A stretch of 64,000 bases of DNA from Eubacteriales bacterium (GTDB lineage: Bacteria > Bacillota > Clostridia > Oscillospirales > CAG-272). The notes under the pieces were generated by a model that saw nothing but the letters and a program-made list of their open reading frames with translations, did not search any database and was not told where the DNA came from. Positions 47,054 through 56,171 of the stretch are shown here, in pieces. The DNA is taken from positions 13,166-77,165 of the forward strand of contig JAZQUS010000054.1 in the NCBI GenBank assembly GCA_045631445.1, written 5' to 3'. Position 1 is the first letter of the stretch. Every line of letters begins with the position of its first letter. The position numbers were made by a program, and so were the translations under genes.

Positions 47054-48772
47054 ATGAAAAACAGAACAAAAAATTATCCATTGTATGAAACCACGGTATT
47101 CAAAGATTTCAGAGTAATGACTGAAAATGTTGCAAATAAATACCCAAACAAAGTAGCATATTCCTTTAAAGAAAATCCCCATAAGCCTGAGATCACTAAA
47201 AAGACCTTTGCTGAAACAAGAAAGTATATCGTTGCTATGGGCACAGGTCTTGTTGACTTTGGAGTTAGAGAAAAACACATCGCTATTGTTGGCGAGGCAT
47301 CATACAACTGGGTAACCTCATATTATGCAACAATGTCCATCGGTGCGGTAACTGTTCCGATTGATAAGGAGCTTCCCGCAGAGGACATTAAAAGTATAAT
47401 TGATAGTGCAGAATGTGATTTTGTTATTTATAGTTCAGTTATAGATAATAAGATAAAAACTATTAGAGATGAGCTTTCTAAAAATCCTAAGTTAATTTGT
47501 ATGAGCAAAAAGACTGAGCTTGATAATGTAGCTATGCTTAGCGACATTATCTTGAAGGGTGAAAAGCTTGTTGATGATGGTGATAACTCTTATTATGATT
47601 ACGAGCTTGATCCCGATAAGCTTGCAAGTATTGTATTTACTTCTGGAACAACTGGTAAGGGCAAGGGAGTTATGCTTACGCAGACAAATATCGTTTCTGA
47701 TATGACACAGGGTATGTATAACTTCAATATCACACCTAAAACACTTTGCGTTTTGCCCCCTCACCATACGTTTGGCTCAACGGTTAACTTCGTTGGACAC
47801 TATGCGCAGGGTGCAGAGGTATATCTTTCTAACGGTCTTAAGTATATTCTTAATGAACTTCAAGAGCAGCAACCCACCCACCTTATTCTTGTTCCTTTGT
47901 TTGTTGAAACGTTCTATAAGAGAATTTGGGCAACTGCAGAAAAGCAGGGCAAGGACAAGCTCCTTCGCACAATGATTAAAGCAAGTAACGGAATGAGAAA
48001 GGTTGGTATCGATCTTCGTAAAAAGCTCTTTGCAAGTGTTACTGCCGCATTTGGTGGTAAGCTTGAAATGATTATTTGCGGCGGTGCGGCTCTTAATCAG
48101 GATATTATCGATACATTTGAAGGAATTGGTATCGTAATTCTTAACGGTTACGGAATTACCGAGTGCGCTCCTCTCATTTCTTGCAATAGAAATGAGTATA
48201 GAAAAAAGGGAAGCGTTGGTGTACCGATTATCGGAGAAAAGGTTAAGATTGCTAACCCCGATGAAAATGGCGAGGGTGAAATATGCGTTAAAGGTCCTAA
48301 CGTTATGATGGGTTACTATAAGAATCCTGAAGCAACTGCGGCGGCATTTGACGAGGATGGTTACTTTAAAACAGGTGACTTTGGTAAGCTTGACGAAGAG
48401 GGTTGGATTTACATAACAGGCCGTCTTAAGAATCTTATTATCCTTTCAAACGGTAAGAACGTTTATCCCGAAGAAATCGAAACTGAAATTTCTCGTATTT
48501 ACGGTGTAAACGAAGTGGTTGTTTATGAGGGACTTAATAAGGACGGCTCAAGCAAGGATTGTATCGTTGCCGAGATTTATCCTGACTTCGACGGACTTAA
48601 AGACCACGGAATAACCGACGTTCAAAAGTATTTCAAGGACGGAGTTAACGAAATTAACAAGAGAAGCGCGCCCTACAAGAAAGTGCAGATTGTTAAAATC
48701 CGCAACGAAGAATTTGAAAAGAACACCTCAAAGAAAATCGTGAGATTTAAGATTAATAGAATAGTTGATTAA
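47054..48772 (+). CDS. AMP-dependent synthetase/ligase (long-chain fatty acid--CoA ligase-like)
   Basis: AMP-binding motif FTSGTTGKGKGV, GYGITE, and a TGD...GR.K C-terminal region. Confidence 0.8.
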   Translation: MKNRTKNYPLYETTVFKDFRVMTENVANKYPNKVAYSFKENPHKPEITKKTFAETRKYIVAMGTGLVDFGVREKHIAIVGEASYNWVTSYYATMSIGAVTVPIDKELPAEDIKSIIDSAECDFVIYSSVIDNKIKTIRDELSKNPKLICMSKKTELDNVAMLSDIILKGEKLVDDGDNSYYDYELDPDKLASIVFTSGTTGKGKGVMLTQTNIVSDMTQGMYNFNITPKTLCVLPPHHTFGSTVNFVGHYAQGAEVYLSNGLKYILNELQEQQPTHLILVPLFVETFYKRIWATAEKQGKDKLLRTMIKASNGMRKVGIDLRKKLFASVTAAFGGKLEMIICGGAALNQDIIDTFEGIGIVILNGYGITECAPLISCNRNEYRKKGSVGVPIIGEKVKIANPDENGEGEICVKGPNVMMGYYKNPEATAAAFDEDGYFKTGDFGKLDEEGWIYITGRLKNLIILSNGKNVYPEEIETEISRIYGVNEVVVYEGLNKDGSSKDCIVAEIYPDFDGLKDHGITDVQKYFKDGVNEINKRSAPYKKVQIVKIRNEEFEKNTSKKIVRFKINRIVD

Positions 48773-48778
48773 AAATAT

Positions 48779-48808
48779 TGCCCACGGGATATTCCTGTGG
48801 GCATTTTT
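48779..48808 (+). terminator. Rho-independent terminator
   Basis: 10-bp stem TGCCCACGGG / CCTGTGGGCA (one G-U pair) followed by TTTTT. Confidence 0.85.
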
Positions 48809-48823
48809 ATATTTTGCTCAAAC

Positions 48824-48852
48824 TTGACAAATTTTTCATAATATGGTACTAT
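48824..48852 (+). promoter_or_regulatory. sigma-A type promoter (extended -10) of the protease gene
   Basis: TTGACA (48824-48829), 17-nt spacer, TGgTACTAT (-10 at 48847-48852). Confidence 0.6.
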
Positions 48853-48881
48853 ATATTTATAAATTCCCGACGGGGTTAAAC

Positions 48882-48913
48882 GCGGAAAGTATTATATGCG
48901 GAAAGTATTATAT
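48882..48913 (+). repeat. perfect 16-bp tandem duplication immediately upstream of the protease start codon
   Basis: GCGGAAAGTATTATAT occurs at 48882-48897 and again at 48898-48913. The ATG is at 48915. Confidence 0.9.
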
Positions 48914-48914
48914 T

Positions 48915-50687
48915 ATGAAGAAGTCGGTATTAATTGGTTTTGTTGCGGGCATAGTCGCCATTAGTGCGGTAGTTGGCGGTGTGTTCTTGTTTAAACACGA
49001 ACATATCGAAGTCGTTGATATTGCTATTGCTCCCACTTGTACAGATACAGGTCTCACTGAGGTCAAGCATTGCTTAGATTGCGGGGAAGTGCTTATTGTT
49101 CAACAAACAGTTCCCGCAACAGGACATACCGAAGTAATTGATTCGGCAGTTGCACCTACTTGCATCGCTACGGGTCTTACTGATGGTAAGCATTGTTCTG
49201 AATGTGGTGAGGTGCTTGTTGCTCAACAAATAGTTCCTGCAACAGGACATACTGAGGTTATAGATTCCGCGGTTGCACCTACTTGTACAGCTACAGGTCT
49301 CACTGAGGGTATGCATTGTTTGATTTGTCATATGGTACTTGTTGCACAAACAACGGTTGGAAAATTACCTCATGTTGAAGTTGTAGATGCAGCGATAGCA
49401 CCTACTTGTACTTCTACTGGACTAACTCAAGGTAAGCATTGCTCGGTATGTAGTCAAACCATAGTTTCACAGACAATCATCGCAAAAACCGATCATAATT
49501 ATGTTGTTGAAAGTGTATTGAAAGAAGCTACTTGTGCCTCTGTAGGAACTAAAAAATTGACTTGTGATAGTTGTTTTGCATATATTACGGAGTCTTATGA
49601 ACTTGAAAAATATAGTGCCACGGAGATTAATAATCAAGCGTTGAAATATGTTGGTGAAATAACAACATACGACAAACAAGGGTATGCTTTAAGTATAGGT
49701 ACAGGATTCGTATATAGTAGCGATGGAAAAATTATTACTAATTACCACGTAATTGATGGTGCTTATTCTGCGGAAATAGTTATTAACGGTACTACATATA
49801 CAATTCAAAAAGTTTTGGCTTATGATGAAACGATAGATTTGGCAGTCCTGAAAATCAATGCAAATAGTATTCCGTATGCTACAATTTGTACAAGAGAAAT
49901 TCCCGTAGGTAGTACGGTTTATGCTATAGGATCTTCAAGAGGACTGACTAATACATTTTCGCGCGGAATAGTAACTTATTATAATCGTGTTGTTGACGGT
50001 GTAAGTCATATTCAGCACGACGCTTCAATTACAAATGGCAATTCAGGTGGTCCTCTAATAAATGAATACGGCGAAGTGGTGGGCATCAATACTTGGTTAT
50101 TAACTAATTCTCAAAATTTGAATTTTGCTGTATTTACAGCTGAAATTGACAATTTAGAATTTGGTACACCGATGTCATTGGCTGAATTTTATGAAGAAAA
50201 TTTCAATCCTTACGAAACTATACTGAATTGGCTTTTGGACAACTATAATTATACTAGCGATAGTTGGATTGAATATAGATATCAGGAAAGCGGAGAAAGA
50301 TTTTCCGTTTATTCCTTAACTTATTTTCAGAACACTAATACATTATCTCTATTATATTATTATGTTTTTGACAACGGTGATGCTCGATATGTCTCTATAA
50401 ATCTATCAGAAGACACAATATCTTCATGTCTTTATTATGCAACATATACTGATGGTGATTATTCATACAAAGACAATGTAACTATGGGATATATAGATCC
50501 TTCATCTTTCACAAGGCATACTTCCATTGGTTATGAATCATCTGAAGGAGATTATTGGACTATGTCTTCTCTTTTGATAACATACCAAGAAGGAATAGTA
50601 TATTCCTTAGATTGGTTTGTAGCGTTTCTTGATGCTTTGGACTTTGGGTTTACATTGTCCGATTTTGGATTCGTTATGTTTGAATAA
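48915..50687 (+). CDS. membrane-anchored trypsin-like (S1) serine protease with five N-terminal His/Cys repeats and an unassigned C-terminal domain
   Basis: TM anchor ([21 protein letters not shown]). Five 41-aa repeats follow. Catalytic triad contexts are [16 protein letters not shown] and GNSGGPLIN. About 190 residues after the protease domain are unassigned. Confidence 0.75.
   Translation: MKKSVLIGFVAGIVAISAVVGGVFLFKHEHIEVVDIAIAPTCTDTGLTEVKHCLDCGEVLIVQQTVPATGHTEVIDSAVAPTCIATGLTDGKHCSECGEVLVAQQIVPATGHTEVIDSAVAPTCTATGLTEGMHCLICHMVLVAQTTVGKLPHVEVVDAAIAPTCTSTGLTQGKHCSVCSQTIVSQTIIAKTDHNYVVESVLKEATCASVGTKKLTCDSCFAYITESYELEKYSATEINNQALKYVGEITTYDKQGYALSIGTGFVYSSDGKIITNYHVIDGAYSAEIVINGTTYTIQKVLAYDETIDLAVLKINANSIPYATICTREIPVGSTVYAIGSSRGLTNTFSRGIVTYYNRVVDGVSHIQHDASITNGNSGGPLINEYGEVVGINTWLLTNSQNLNFAVFTAEIDNLEFGTPMSLAEFYEENFNPYETILNWLLDNYNYTSDSWIEYRYQESGERFSVYSLTYFQNTNTLSLLYYYVFDNGDARYVSINLSEDTISSCLYYATYTDGDYSYKDNVTMGYIDPSSFTRHTSIGYESSEGDYWTMSSLLITYQEGIVYSLDWFVAFLDALDFGFTLSDFGFVMFE
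49002..49590 (+). repeat. in-frame 123-bp (41-codon) tandem repeats, about 4.8 copies
   Basis: Units begin at 49002, 49125, 49248, 49371 and 49494. Each encodes H-x11-C-x9-(H)C-x2-C. The fifth copy is divergent. Confidence 0.9.
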
Positions 50688-50713
50688 ATAAAAACAAAAT
50701 ATTCAGAACGCCC

Positions 50714-50750
50714 AGAGCGTCTTGCCAAAAGGTAGGACGCTCTTTTTTTG
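50714..50750 (+). terminator. Rho-independent terminator after the protease gene
   Basis: Stem AGAGCGTC / GACGCTCT followed by TTTTTTT. Confidence 0.75.
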
Positions 50751-50760
50751 CTTATGATAA

Positions 50761-50791
50761 ACAAAAAATGGCAGGGATAAAACCTACCATT
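50761..50791 (-). terminator. Rho-independent terminator after rnhA
   Basis: On the minus strand: AATGGTAGG-TTTTATC-CCTGCCATT (one mismatch) followed by TTTTTT. Confidence 0.65.
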
Positions 50792-50814
50792 TTCACTATT
50801 TTTAATTCTATTTA

Positions 50815-51255
50815 TCAATCAAAAAACGAATCCGCAAAGTCGGTTGCGAGCTTATCGCATCTTTCGTTATAGGCGTGGCCTGCGTGACCCTTTACCCAAA
50901 CAAAAGTAATTTCGTGCTTATCTATGAGTTTAAGTAATTCTTCCCACAAATCAGGATTGAGAGCAGGGGATTTGTCCGCCTTTCTCCATCCCTTGTCGCG
51001 CCAAGAATAAACCCATTTTTTCTCAATAGCATCAATCATGTACTTTGAATCGGAATAGAGTGTTACTTCGCATTTTTCTTTAAGCGCAGAGAGGGCTTTT
51101 ATGGCCGCGGTAAGCTCCATTCTATTGTTTGTGGTAGAACGTTCACCGCCCGAAAGCTCCTTCTCGGTCTTTCCATAAACCAAAATTGCACCCCAACCGC
51201 CTTTTCCGGGATTTCCACGGCACGCGCCGTCAGTATATATATCAACGTGTTTCAT
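50815..51255 (-). CDS. rnhA: ribonuclease HI
   Basis: 146 aa with [20 protein letters not shown] and [14 protein letters not shown] motifs. Confidence 0.9.
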   Translation of the reverse strand: MKHVDIYTDGACRGNPGKGGWGAILVYGKTEKELSGGERSTTNNRMELTAAIKALSALKEKCEVTLYSDSKYMIDAIEKKWVYSWRDKGWRKADKSPALNPDLWEELLKLIDKHEITFVWVKGHAGHAYNERCDKLATDFADSFFD

Positions 51256-51330
51256 AAATTTCTCCTAAAGCTTTTATATTATTATATTAACATAATTATA
51301 AAATAAAGTCAATAATTTTTCTTTCTATTG

Positions 51331-51359
51331 TTGACATTAATAATTATTTGAGGTAAAAT
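51331..51359 (+). promoter_or_regulatory. sigma-A type promoter with an AT palindrome in the spacer
   Basis: TTGACA (51331-51336), 17-nt spacer, TAAAAT (51354-51359). The spacer contains TAATAATTA (51338-51346). Confidence 0.65.
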
Positions 51360-51398
51360 ATAAGGTGGTTAAATATTTTCAAAAAGGAGAAAACAAAA

Positions 51399-52547
51399 AT
51401 GAAAATTGATATATATTCCGGCTTTTTAGGAGCAGGTAAAACAACTCTTATTAAAAAGATGATTTCTGAAGGATATAAGAACGAAAAGCTTATGCTTATC
51501 GAAAACGAATTCGGTCAAATCGGTATTGATGGCGGATTTTTGAAGGAGTCGGGTATCAATATTACTGAAATGAATTCGGGTTGCATTTGTTGTAGTCTTG
51601 TTGGTGACTTCTCAGAGGCACTTAAACAAGCTATAAGCGCTTATAACCCCGACCGCATTATAATTGAGCCCTCGGGCGTTGGCAAGCTTTCTGACGTAAT
51701 TAAAGCCACCGAGAGCGTGCTTAATGAAAACGTTGTTCTTAATGGACTTACAACTGTTGCCGACGTTAACAAGTGCAAAATGTATATGAAAAACTTTGGC
51801 GAATTCTTCAATAACCAAATTGAAGAAGCAAAATGCATCATTTTGAGCCATACCGCAAATGCAAGCGAACAAAAAATATCCGAATGCGTTGCACTTTTGA
51901 GAGAAAAGAATGCTCACGCAACCATTATTACAACCGATTGGGACAAGCTCACAGGTGAGCAGATTTTATCTGCTATTGAGAACAGCAATTCTCTTGAAAA
52001 AGAGATTGAAGAAATGAAGCACGAGCATCACCACCATCACCACGAACACGATGAGCATTGCGATTGCCATGAGCACGAGCATAATCATCACCACGAACAC
52101 GACGAGCATTGCGATTGCCACGAGCACGAGCATCACCATCACCACGAACACGACGAGCATTGTGATTGCCATGAGCACGAGCATCACCACCATCACCATC
52201 ATCACGACCACGATGAGCATTGTGATTGTGGATGCCACGATCATCATCACGAGCATCACCATCATCATCACGCAGACGATGTGTTTGATTCTTGGGGCAT
52301 TGAAACCGCAAAGAAATATAGCATAGATGAAATAAATAACGTTCTCAAATCATTTGAAAACGAAGAACTCGGAGTTATATTGAGAGCCAAGGGTATTGTT
52401 GATTCGGTTGATGGTGAATGGATATATTTCGATTATATTCCGGGTAGCATCGATATCCGTCGCGGAAATGCCGATGTTATTGGTAAACTCTGCGTTATTG
52501 GTTCAAACATTAATAAAGATAAAATCAAAGAACTTTTTAAAGTGTAG
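51399..52547 (+). CDS. G3E-family (CobW/COG0523-like) P-loop metallochaperone with His/Cys-rich insert
   Basis: Walker A GFLGAGKTT, CxCC motif GCICCS, IIIEPSG, and a CobW_C-like C-terminal domain. The segment 52017-52271 encodes about 85 residues made almost only of H/E/D/C. Confidence 0.8.
   Translation: MKIDIYSGFLGAGKTTLIKKMISEGYKNEKLMLIENEFGQIGIDGGFLKESGINITEMNSGCICCSLVGDFSEALKQAISAYNPDRIIIEPSGVGKLSDVIKATESVLNENVVLNGLTTVADVNKCKMYMKNFGEFFNNQIEEAKCIILSHTANASEQKISECVALLREKNAHATIITTDWDKLTGEQILSAIENSNSLEKEIEEMKHEHHHHHHEHDEHCDCHEHEHNHHHEHDEHCDCHEHEHHHHHEHDEHCDCHEHEHHHHHHHHDHDEHCDCGCHDHHHEHHHHHHADDVFDSWGIETAKKYSIDEINNVLKSFENEELGVILRAKGIVDSVDGEWIYFDYIPGSIDIRRGNADVIGKLCVIGSNINKDKIKELFKV
52044..52271 (+). 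repeat. in-frame tandem repeats encoding EHDEHCDCHEHEH(H/N)n
   Basis: Units start at 52044, 52095, 52146 and 52206. Lengths are 51, 51, 60 and 66 nt, and the last unit is degenerate. Confidence 0.9.
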
Positions 52548-52555
52548 GAGATAAA

Positions 52556-53503
52556 ATGAAAAATCAAATTCCTGTTTATTTGTTTATTGGATTTCTTGAG
52601 GGCGGCAAAACCCATATGATTCAAGAGTCCATGGAAGACGAGAGATTTAATTCGGGCGAAAAAACAATGATTATTTCTTGTGAAGAAGGCATAGACGAAT
52701 ATGACGTATCTCGTTTTTGGGGCAAAAACGTGTATATAGAAAATATCGAAAATGAAGAAGATGTTACACTTGATAGATTAAATAATATCGCAAATAAGCA
52801 TATCATTGACCGCATCATTATCGAATATAATGGTATGTGGCAGCTTGAAACATTATTTATGAATATGCCTGAAAATTGGGATGTGTATCAATGCGTTATG
52901 TCTGCCGAATGCGCAACATTTGAATTATTTAATGCAAATATGCGCTCCCTTATGTTTGATAAGCTTTCTGCTTGTGAAATGGTAGTGCTTAATCGTGCTA
53001 CTGATGATGCTAATCGCGAAAATATCCATAAGATTGTTAGAGGTGTAAATCCTCGTTGCGATATAGTTTATGATTATCCCGACGGACACATTGAATATGA
53101 TGATATTGAAGATGAGCTTCCTTTTGACGTCGATGCGCCAATAATTGAAATCGATGATAAGGATTATGCAATTTGGTATCGTGATGTGGGCGAAGATCTT
53201 GCAAAATACAATGGAAAAACAGTGAAATTCAAGGGTATTGTTGCAAGAGATCCTAAAATGGGAAGCAAATCAATTATTGTTGGCAGACACGTTATGACTT
53301 GTTGTGCGGATGATATTACTTTTGCAGGCCTTGTGTGCAATTTTAAAAAAGAAGTAACACTTAATACAGGTGACTGGATATTGTTAACTGCAAAAATTAA
53401 AATTGAAAACCACCCAATGTATCAAAGAAAAGGCCCTGTGCTTTATGCGGAATCAACTTCATTCGCAGTAAAGCCAAATCCTGAACTTGCAACATTTTAT
53501 TAA
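52556..53503 (+). CDS. degenerate G3E-like P-loop domain fused to a DUF1980/TIGR03943-like C-terminal domain
   Basis: The N-terminus GFLEGGKTHMI aligns to the GFLGAGKT of the upstream gene, but the CxCC and NKxD motifs are absent. The C-terminus GKTVKFKGIVARDP...GRHVMTCCADDITFAGL...KPNPE resembles the soluble CCxxD domain of YcgQ-type proteins. Confidence 0.6.
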   Translation: MKNQIPVYLFIGFLEGGKTHMIQESMEDERFNSGEKTMIISCEEGIDEYDVSRFWGKNVYIENIENEEDVTLDRLNNIANKHIIDRIIIEYNGMWQLETLFMNMPENWDVYQCVMSAECATFELFNANMRSLMFDKLSACEMVVLNRATDDANRENIHKIVRGVNPRCDIVYDYPDGHIEYDDIEDELPFDVDAPIIEIDDKDYAIWYRDVGEDLAKYNGKTVKFKGIVARDPKMGSKSIIVGRHVMTCCADDITFAGLVCNFKKEVTLNTGDWILLTAKIKIENHPMYQRKGPVLYAESTSFAVKPNPELATFY

Positions 53504-53520
53504 TTAACGTAGGAGAGAAA

Positions 53521-54195
53521 ATGAGCAATATTTTTGTTAATAACAAAAAGTTAATATTAAAATCACTCATATTTATGAGTTTTCTTGTTGCGCTTGTTTT
53601 TCTCTTTGTTTTGATAATTAATCAAAATATTGTTGCTAAAACAAATGATAATATTTACTCAGTTAATGAGCTTATTAAATTAGATGACGATTTTGATTGT
53701 ATTATTATTTTGGGCGCAGGTGTTAAAGCCAATGGCTCTCCAACTGATATGCTGCGAGATAGACTTATTGCAGGCTTTGAAGCTTACAAATATTTAAAAA
53801 ATGTACATATTTTAAATAGTGGTGATAGTCAATATTTTGATTATCGTGAAACTGCAGTTATGCATAGCTTTTTGCTTGAAAAGGGTGCTGAAGAAACGAG
53901 CATTATCGATGATGGCTACGGACTTTCGACCTATGAGAGCATTTGGCGTGCAAAGAATGTCTATGGGTTTAATAAAATTTTGATAGTAAGTCAAAAATAT
54001 CATTTGCATAGAGCAATATATATAGCAAATGAACTTGGAATGACCGCCTATGGACTTGATGGAGCGCTCACAACATATGGTAAACAACCTTTATATAGTT
54101 TTAGAGAATGGTTGGCTCGTATAAAGGATATGATATATTCAGAAATGCAGCCAATTCCAAAATATACTGAAAAATGGGAGGGAATATATGAATAA
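53521..54195 (+). CDS. SanA/YdcF (DUF218) family protein
   Basis: N-terminal TM helix, then [22 protein letters not shown] and SQKYHLHRA motifs typical of SanA-like proteins. Confidence 0.75.
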   Translation: MSNIFVNNKKLILKSLIFMSFLVALVFLFVLIINQNIVAKTNDNIYSVNELIKLDDDFDCIIILGAGVKANGSPTDMLRDRLIAGFEAYKYLKNVHILNSGDSQYFDYRETAVMHSFLLEKGAEETSIIDDGYGLSTYESIWRAKNVYGFNKILIVSQKYHLHRAIYIANELGMTAYGLDGALTTYGKQPLYSFREWLARIKDMIYSEMQPIPKYTEKWEGIYE

Positions 54196-56158
54196 ATTTA
54201 AACTTGTTTCCCCCTATAGCCCAACGGGTGACCAACCTCAAGCAATCGAAACTCTTACAAATGGTGTTTTGCGTGGCGATAGAATGCAAACACTTTTAGG
54301 TGTTACCGGTTCAGGAAAAACATTTACAATGGCAAATATAATTGCCAACGTAAACAGACCAACACTCGTTTTGGCTCACAACAAAACACTTGCCGCGCAG
54401 CTTTGTTCGGAATTTAGAGAATTCTTTCCCGAAAATGCGGTTGAATATTTTGTATCCTATTACGATTACTACCAACCTGAAGCATATATTCCGGGCAAGG
54501 ACGTTTATATAGAAAAAGATGCATTAATTAATGATGAAATTGATATGCTAAGACATAGCGCAACATCATCCTTATTTGAGCGCAGAGACGTAATAATTGT
54601 TGCATCAGTTTCTTGTATATATTCACTCGGTGACCCCGATGAATATAAAAATCTCGTTATTGACCTTCGTCCAGGAATGGAAATGTCGAGAGATCAGTTA
54701 ATAAGAAGACTGATTTCCATCAGTTACGATAGAAATGATATTAATTTTGTTAGAGATAATTTCCGCGTTCGTGGAGATACGGTCGAAATCCTTCCTGCTT
54801 CAAGTCACGATAAGGCAATTCGAGTGGAGTTTTTCGGTGATGAAATTGATAGAATTTCAGAAATCAATATTGTAACGGGTGAAGTGTTAAGAATTATGTC
54901 TTACGTCCCCATTTTTCCTGCAACTCACTATGCGGTATCCGATGATAAGAGAGAAAATGCGATTAATGAGATATTGCAGGAAATGAATGAGCGCGTTGCC
55001 TATTTTCAAAGCCAAAACAAATACCTTGAAGCGCAACGAATCAGCGAGCGCGTGAAATATGATATGGAAATGCTTCGCGAGGTTGGATTTTGTTCAGGTG
55101 TTGAAAATTATTCACGCGTACTTTCAGGCAGACCTATTGGTAGCACGCCCTATACCTTACTTGATTATTTGCCCGATGATTACTTGCTTTTGGTTGATGA
55201 ATCCCATGTTTCACTTCCGCAAGTTAGAGGTATGAGTGGCGGTGATGTAGCAAGGAAGAAAAATCTTATTGATTTTGGTTTCCGTTTGCCGTCTGCCTAC
55301 GATAATAGACCTCTTAAATTCGATGAATTCGAAGATAAAATTAACCAAGCCATTTTTGTTAGTGCCACTCCGGGTGAATATGAAAAAGAGCATTCAACGC
55401 AAGTGGTTGAACAAATTATTCGTCCAACTGGACTTATTGATCCTGAAATTATTGTACGTCCCATTGAAGGTCAGGTAGATGATCTTATGGGTGAAATCAA
55501 AATCCGCGCAGAAAGAAACGAGAGAGTTCTCGTTACAACCTTAACCAAGAAAATGGCGGAAGATTTAACGGAGTATTTTGAAAATAACGGCATTAAGGTT
55601 AGATACATTCACTTTAATGTTGATACAATGGAGCGAATGGAAATAATACGCGACCTTCGTCTCGGCAAATTTGATGTGCTTGTTGGAATTAACCTTCTTC
55701 GAGAGGGACTTGATATTCCCGAGGTTTCACTCGTTGCTATACTTGATGCGGATAAAGAAGGCTTTTTGCGCGCAGAAACATCTTTGATTCAGACTATTGG
55801 ACGAGCTGCTCGAAATGCAGAAGGTAAAGTTATTATGTATGCTGACAAAATAACCGGTTCTATGGAGCGTGCTATTGCAGAAACCAATCGTCGTCGTAAA
55901 ATACAAAGTGATTATAATACTGCTAATGGAATCACTCCTAAAACAATTGTTAAGGGCGTTCGTGATCTTATTGAAATAGGATCATCCGATGAAGAAAAGG
56001 TAAATAAAAAGAATAAAAATAAAGCAAAAATGAGCAAGAAAGAAAAAGATGCACTTATTGAAAAGCTCACTAAAGAAATGAAGGAAGCTGCTCGTCATCT
56101 TGAATTTGAAAAAGCTGCATTTTTGCGTGATAAAATATCAGAAATTAGAAATAATTAA
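54188..56158 (+). CDS. uvrB: excinuclease ABC subunit B
   Basis: GDQPQAI, Walker [13 protein letters not shown] box, and the C-terminal UVR motif ([13 protein letters not shown]). Confidence 0.95.
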   Translation: MNKFKLVSPYSPTGDQPQAIETLTNGVLRGDRMQTLLGVTGSGKTFTMANIIANVNRPTLVLAHNKTLAAQLCSEFREFFPENAVEYFVSYYDYYQPEAYIPGKDVYIEKDALINDEIDMLRHSATSSLFERRDVIIVASVSCIYSLGDPDEYKNLVIDLRPGMEMSRDQLIRRLISISYDRNDINFVRDNFRVRGDTVEILPASSHDKAIRVEFFGDEIDRISEINIVTGEVLRIMSYVPIFPATHYAVSDDKRENAINEILQEMNERVAYFQSQNKYLEAQRISERVKYDMEMLREVGFCSGVENYSRVLSGRPIGSTPYTLLDYLPDDYLLLVDESHVSLPQVRGMSGGDVARKKNLIDFGFRLPSAYDNRPLKFDEFEDKINQAIFVSATPGEYEKEHSTQVVEQIIRPTGLIDPEIIVRPIEGQVDDLMGEIKIRAERNERVLVTTLTKKMAEDLTEYFENNGIKVRYIHFNVDTMERMEIIRDLRLGKFDVLVGINLLREGLDIPEVSLVAILDADKEGFLRAETSLIQTIGRAARNAEGKVIMYADKITGSMERAIAETNRRRKIQSDYNTANGITPKTIVKGVRDLIEIGSSDEEKVNKKNKNKAKMSKKEKDALIEKLTKEMKEAARHLEFEKAAFLRDKISEIRNN

Positions 56159-56171
56159 TAAAGGAAATAAA

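Noticed and set aside
52044-52271. Regular 51-bp direct repeats that could superficially suggest a CRISPR-like array
   Set aside because: The units are contiguous with no spacers, are in frame within a conserved protein, and lack palindromic repeat structure. No cas genes are present. The same reasoning applies to the 123-bp repeats at 49002-49590.
51966-52326. Three overlapping ORFs (both strands) across the His-rich repeat
   Set aside because: They are alternative-frame or antisense readings of the CAC/CAT/GAG-rich repeat, and translate as M/V/I runs or R/G/D runs. The COG0523 frame is continuous with conserved domains on both sides.
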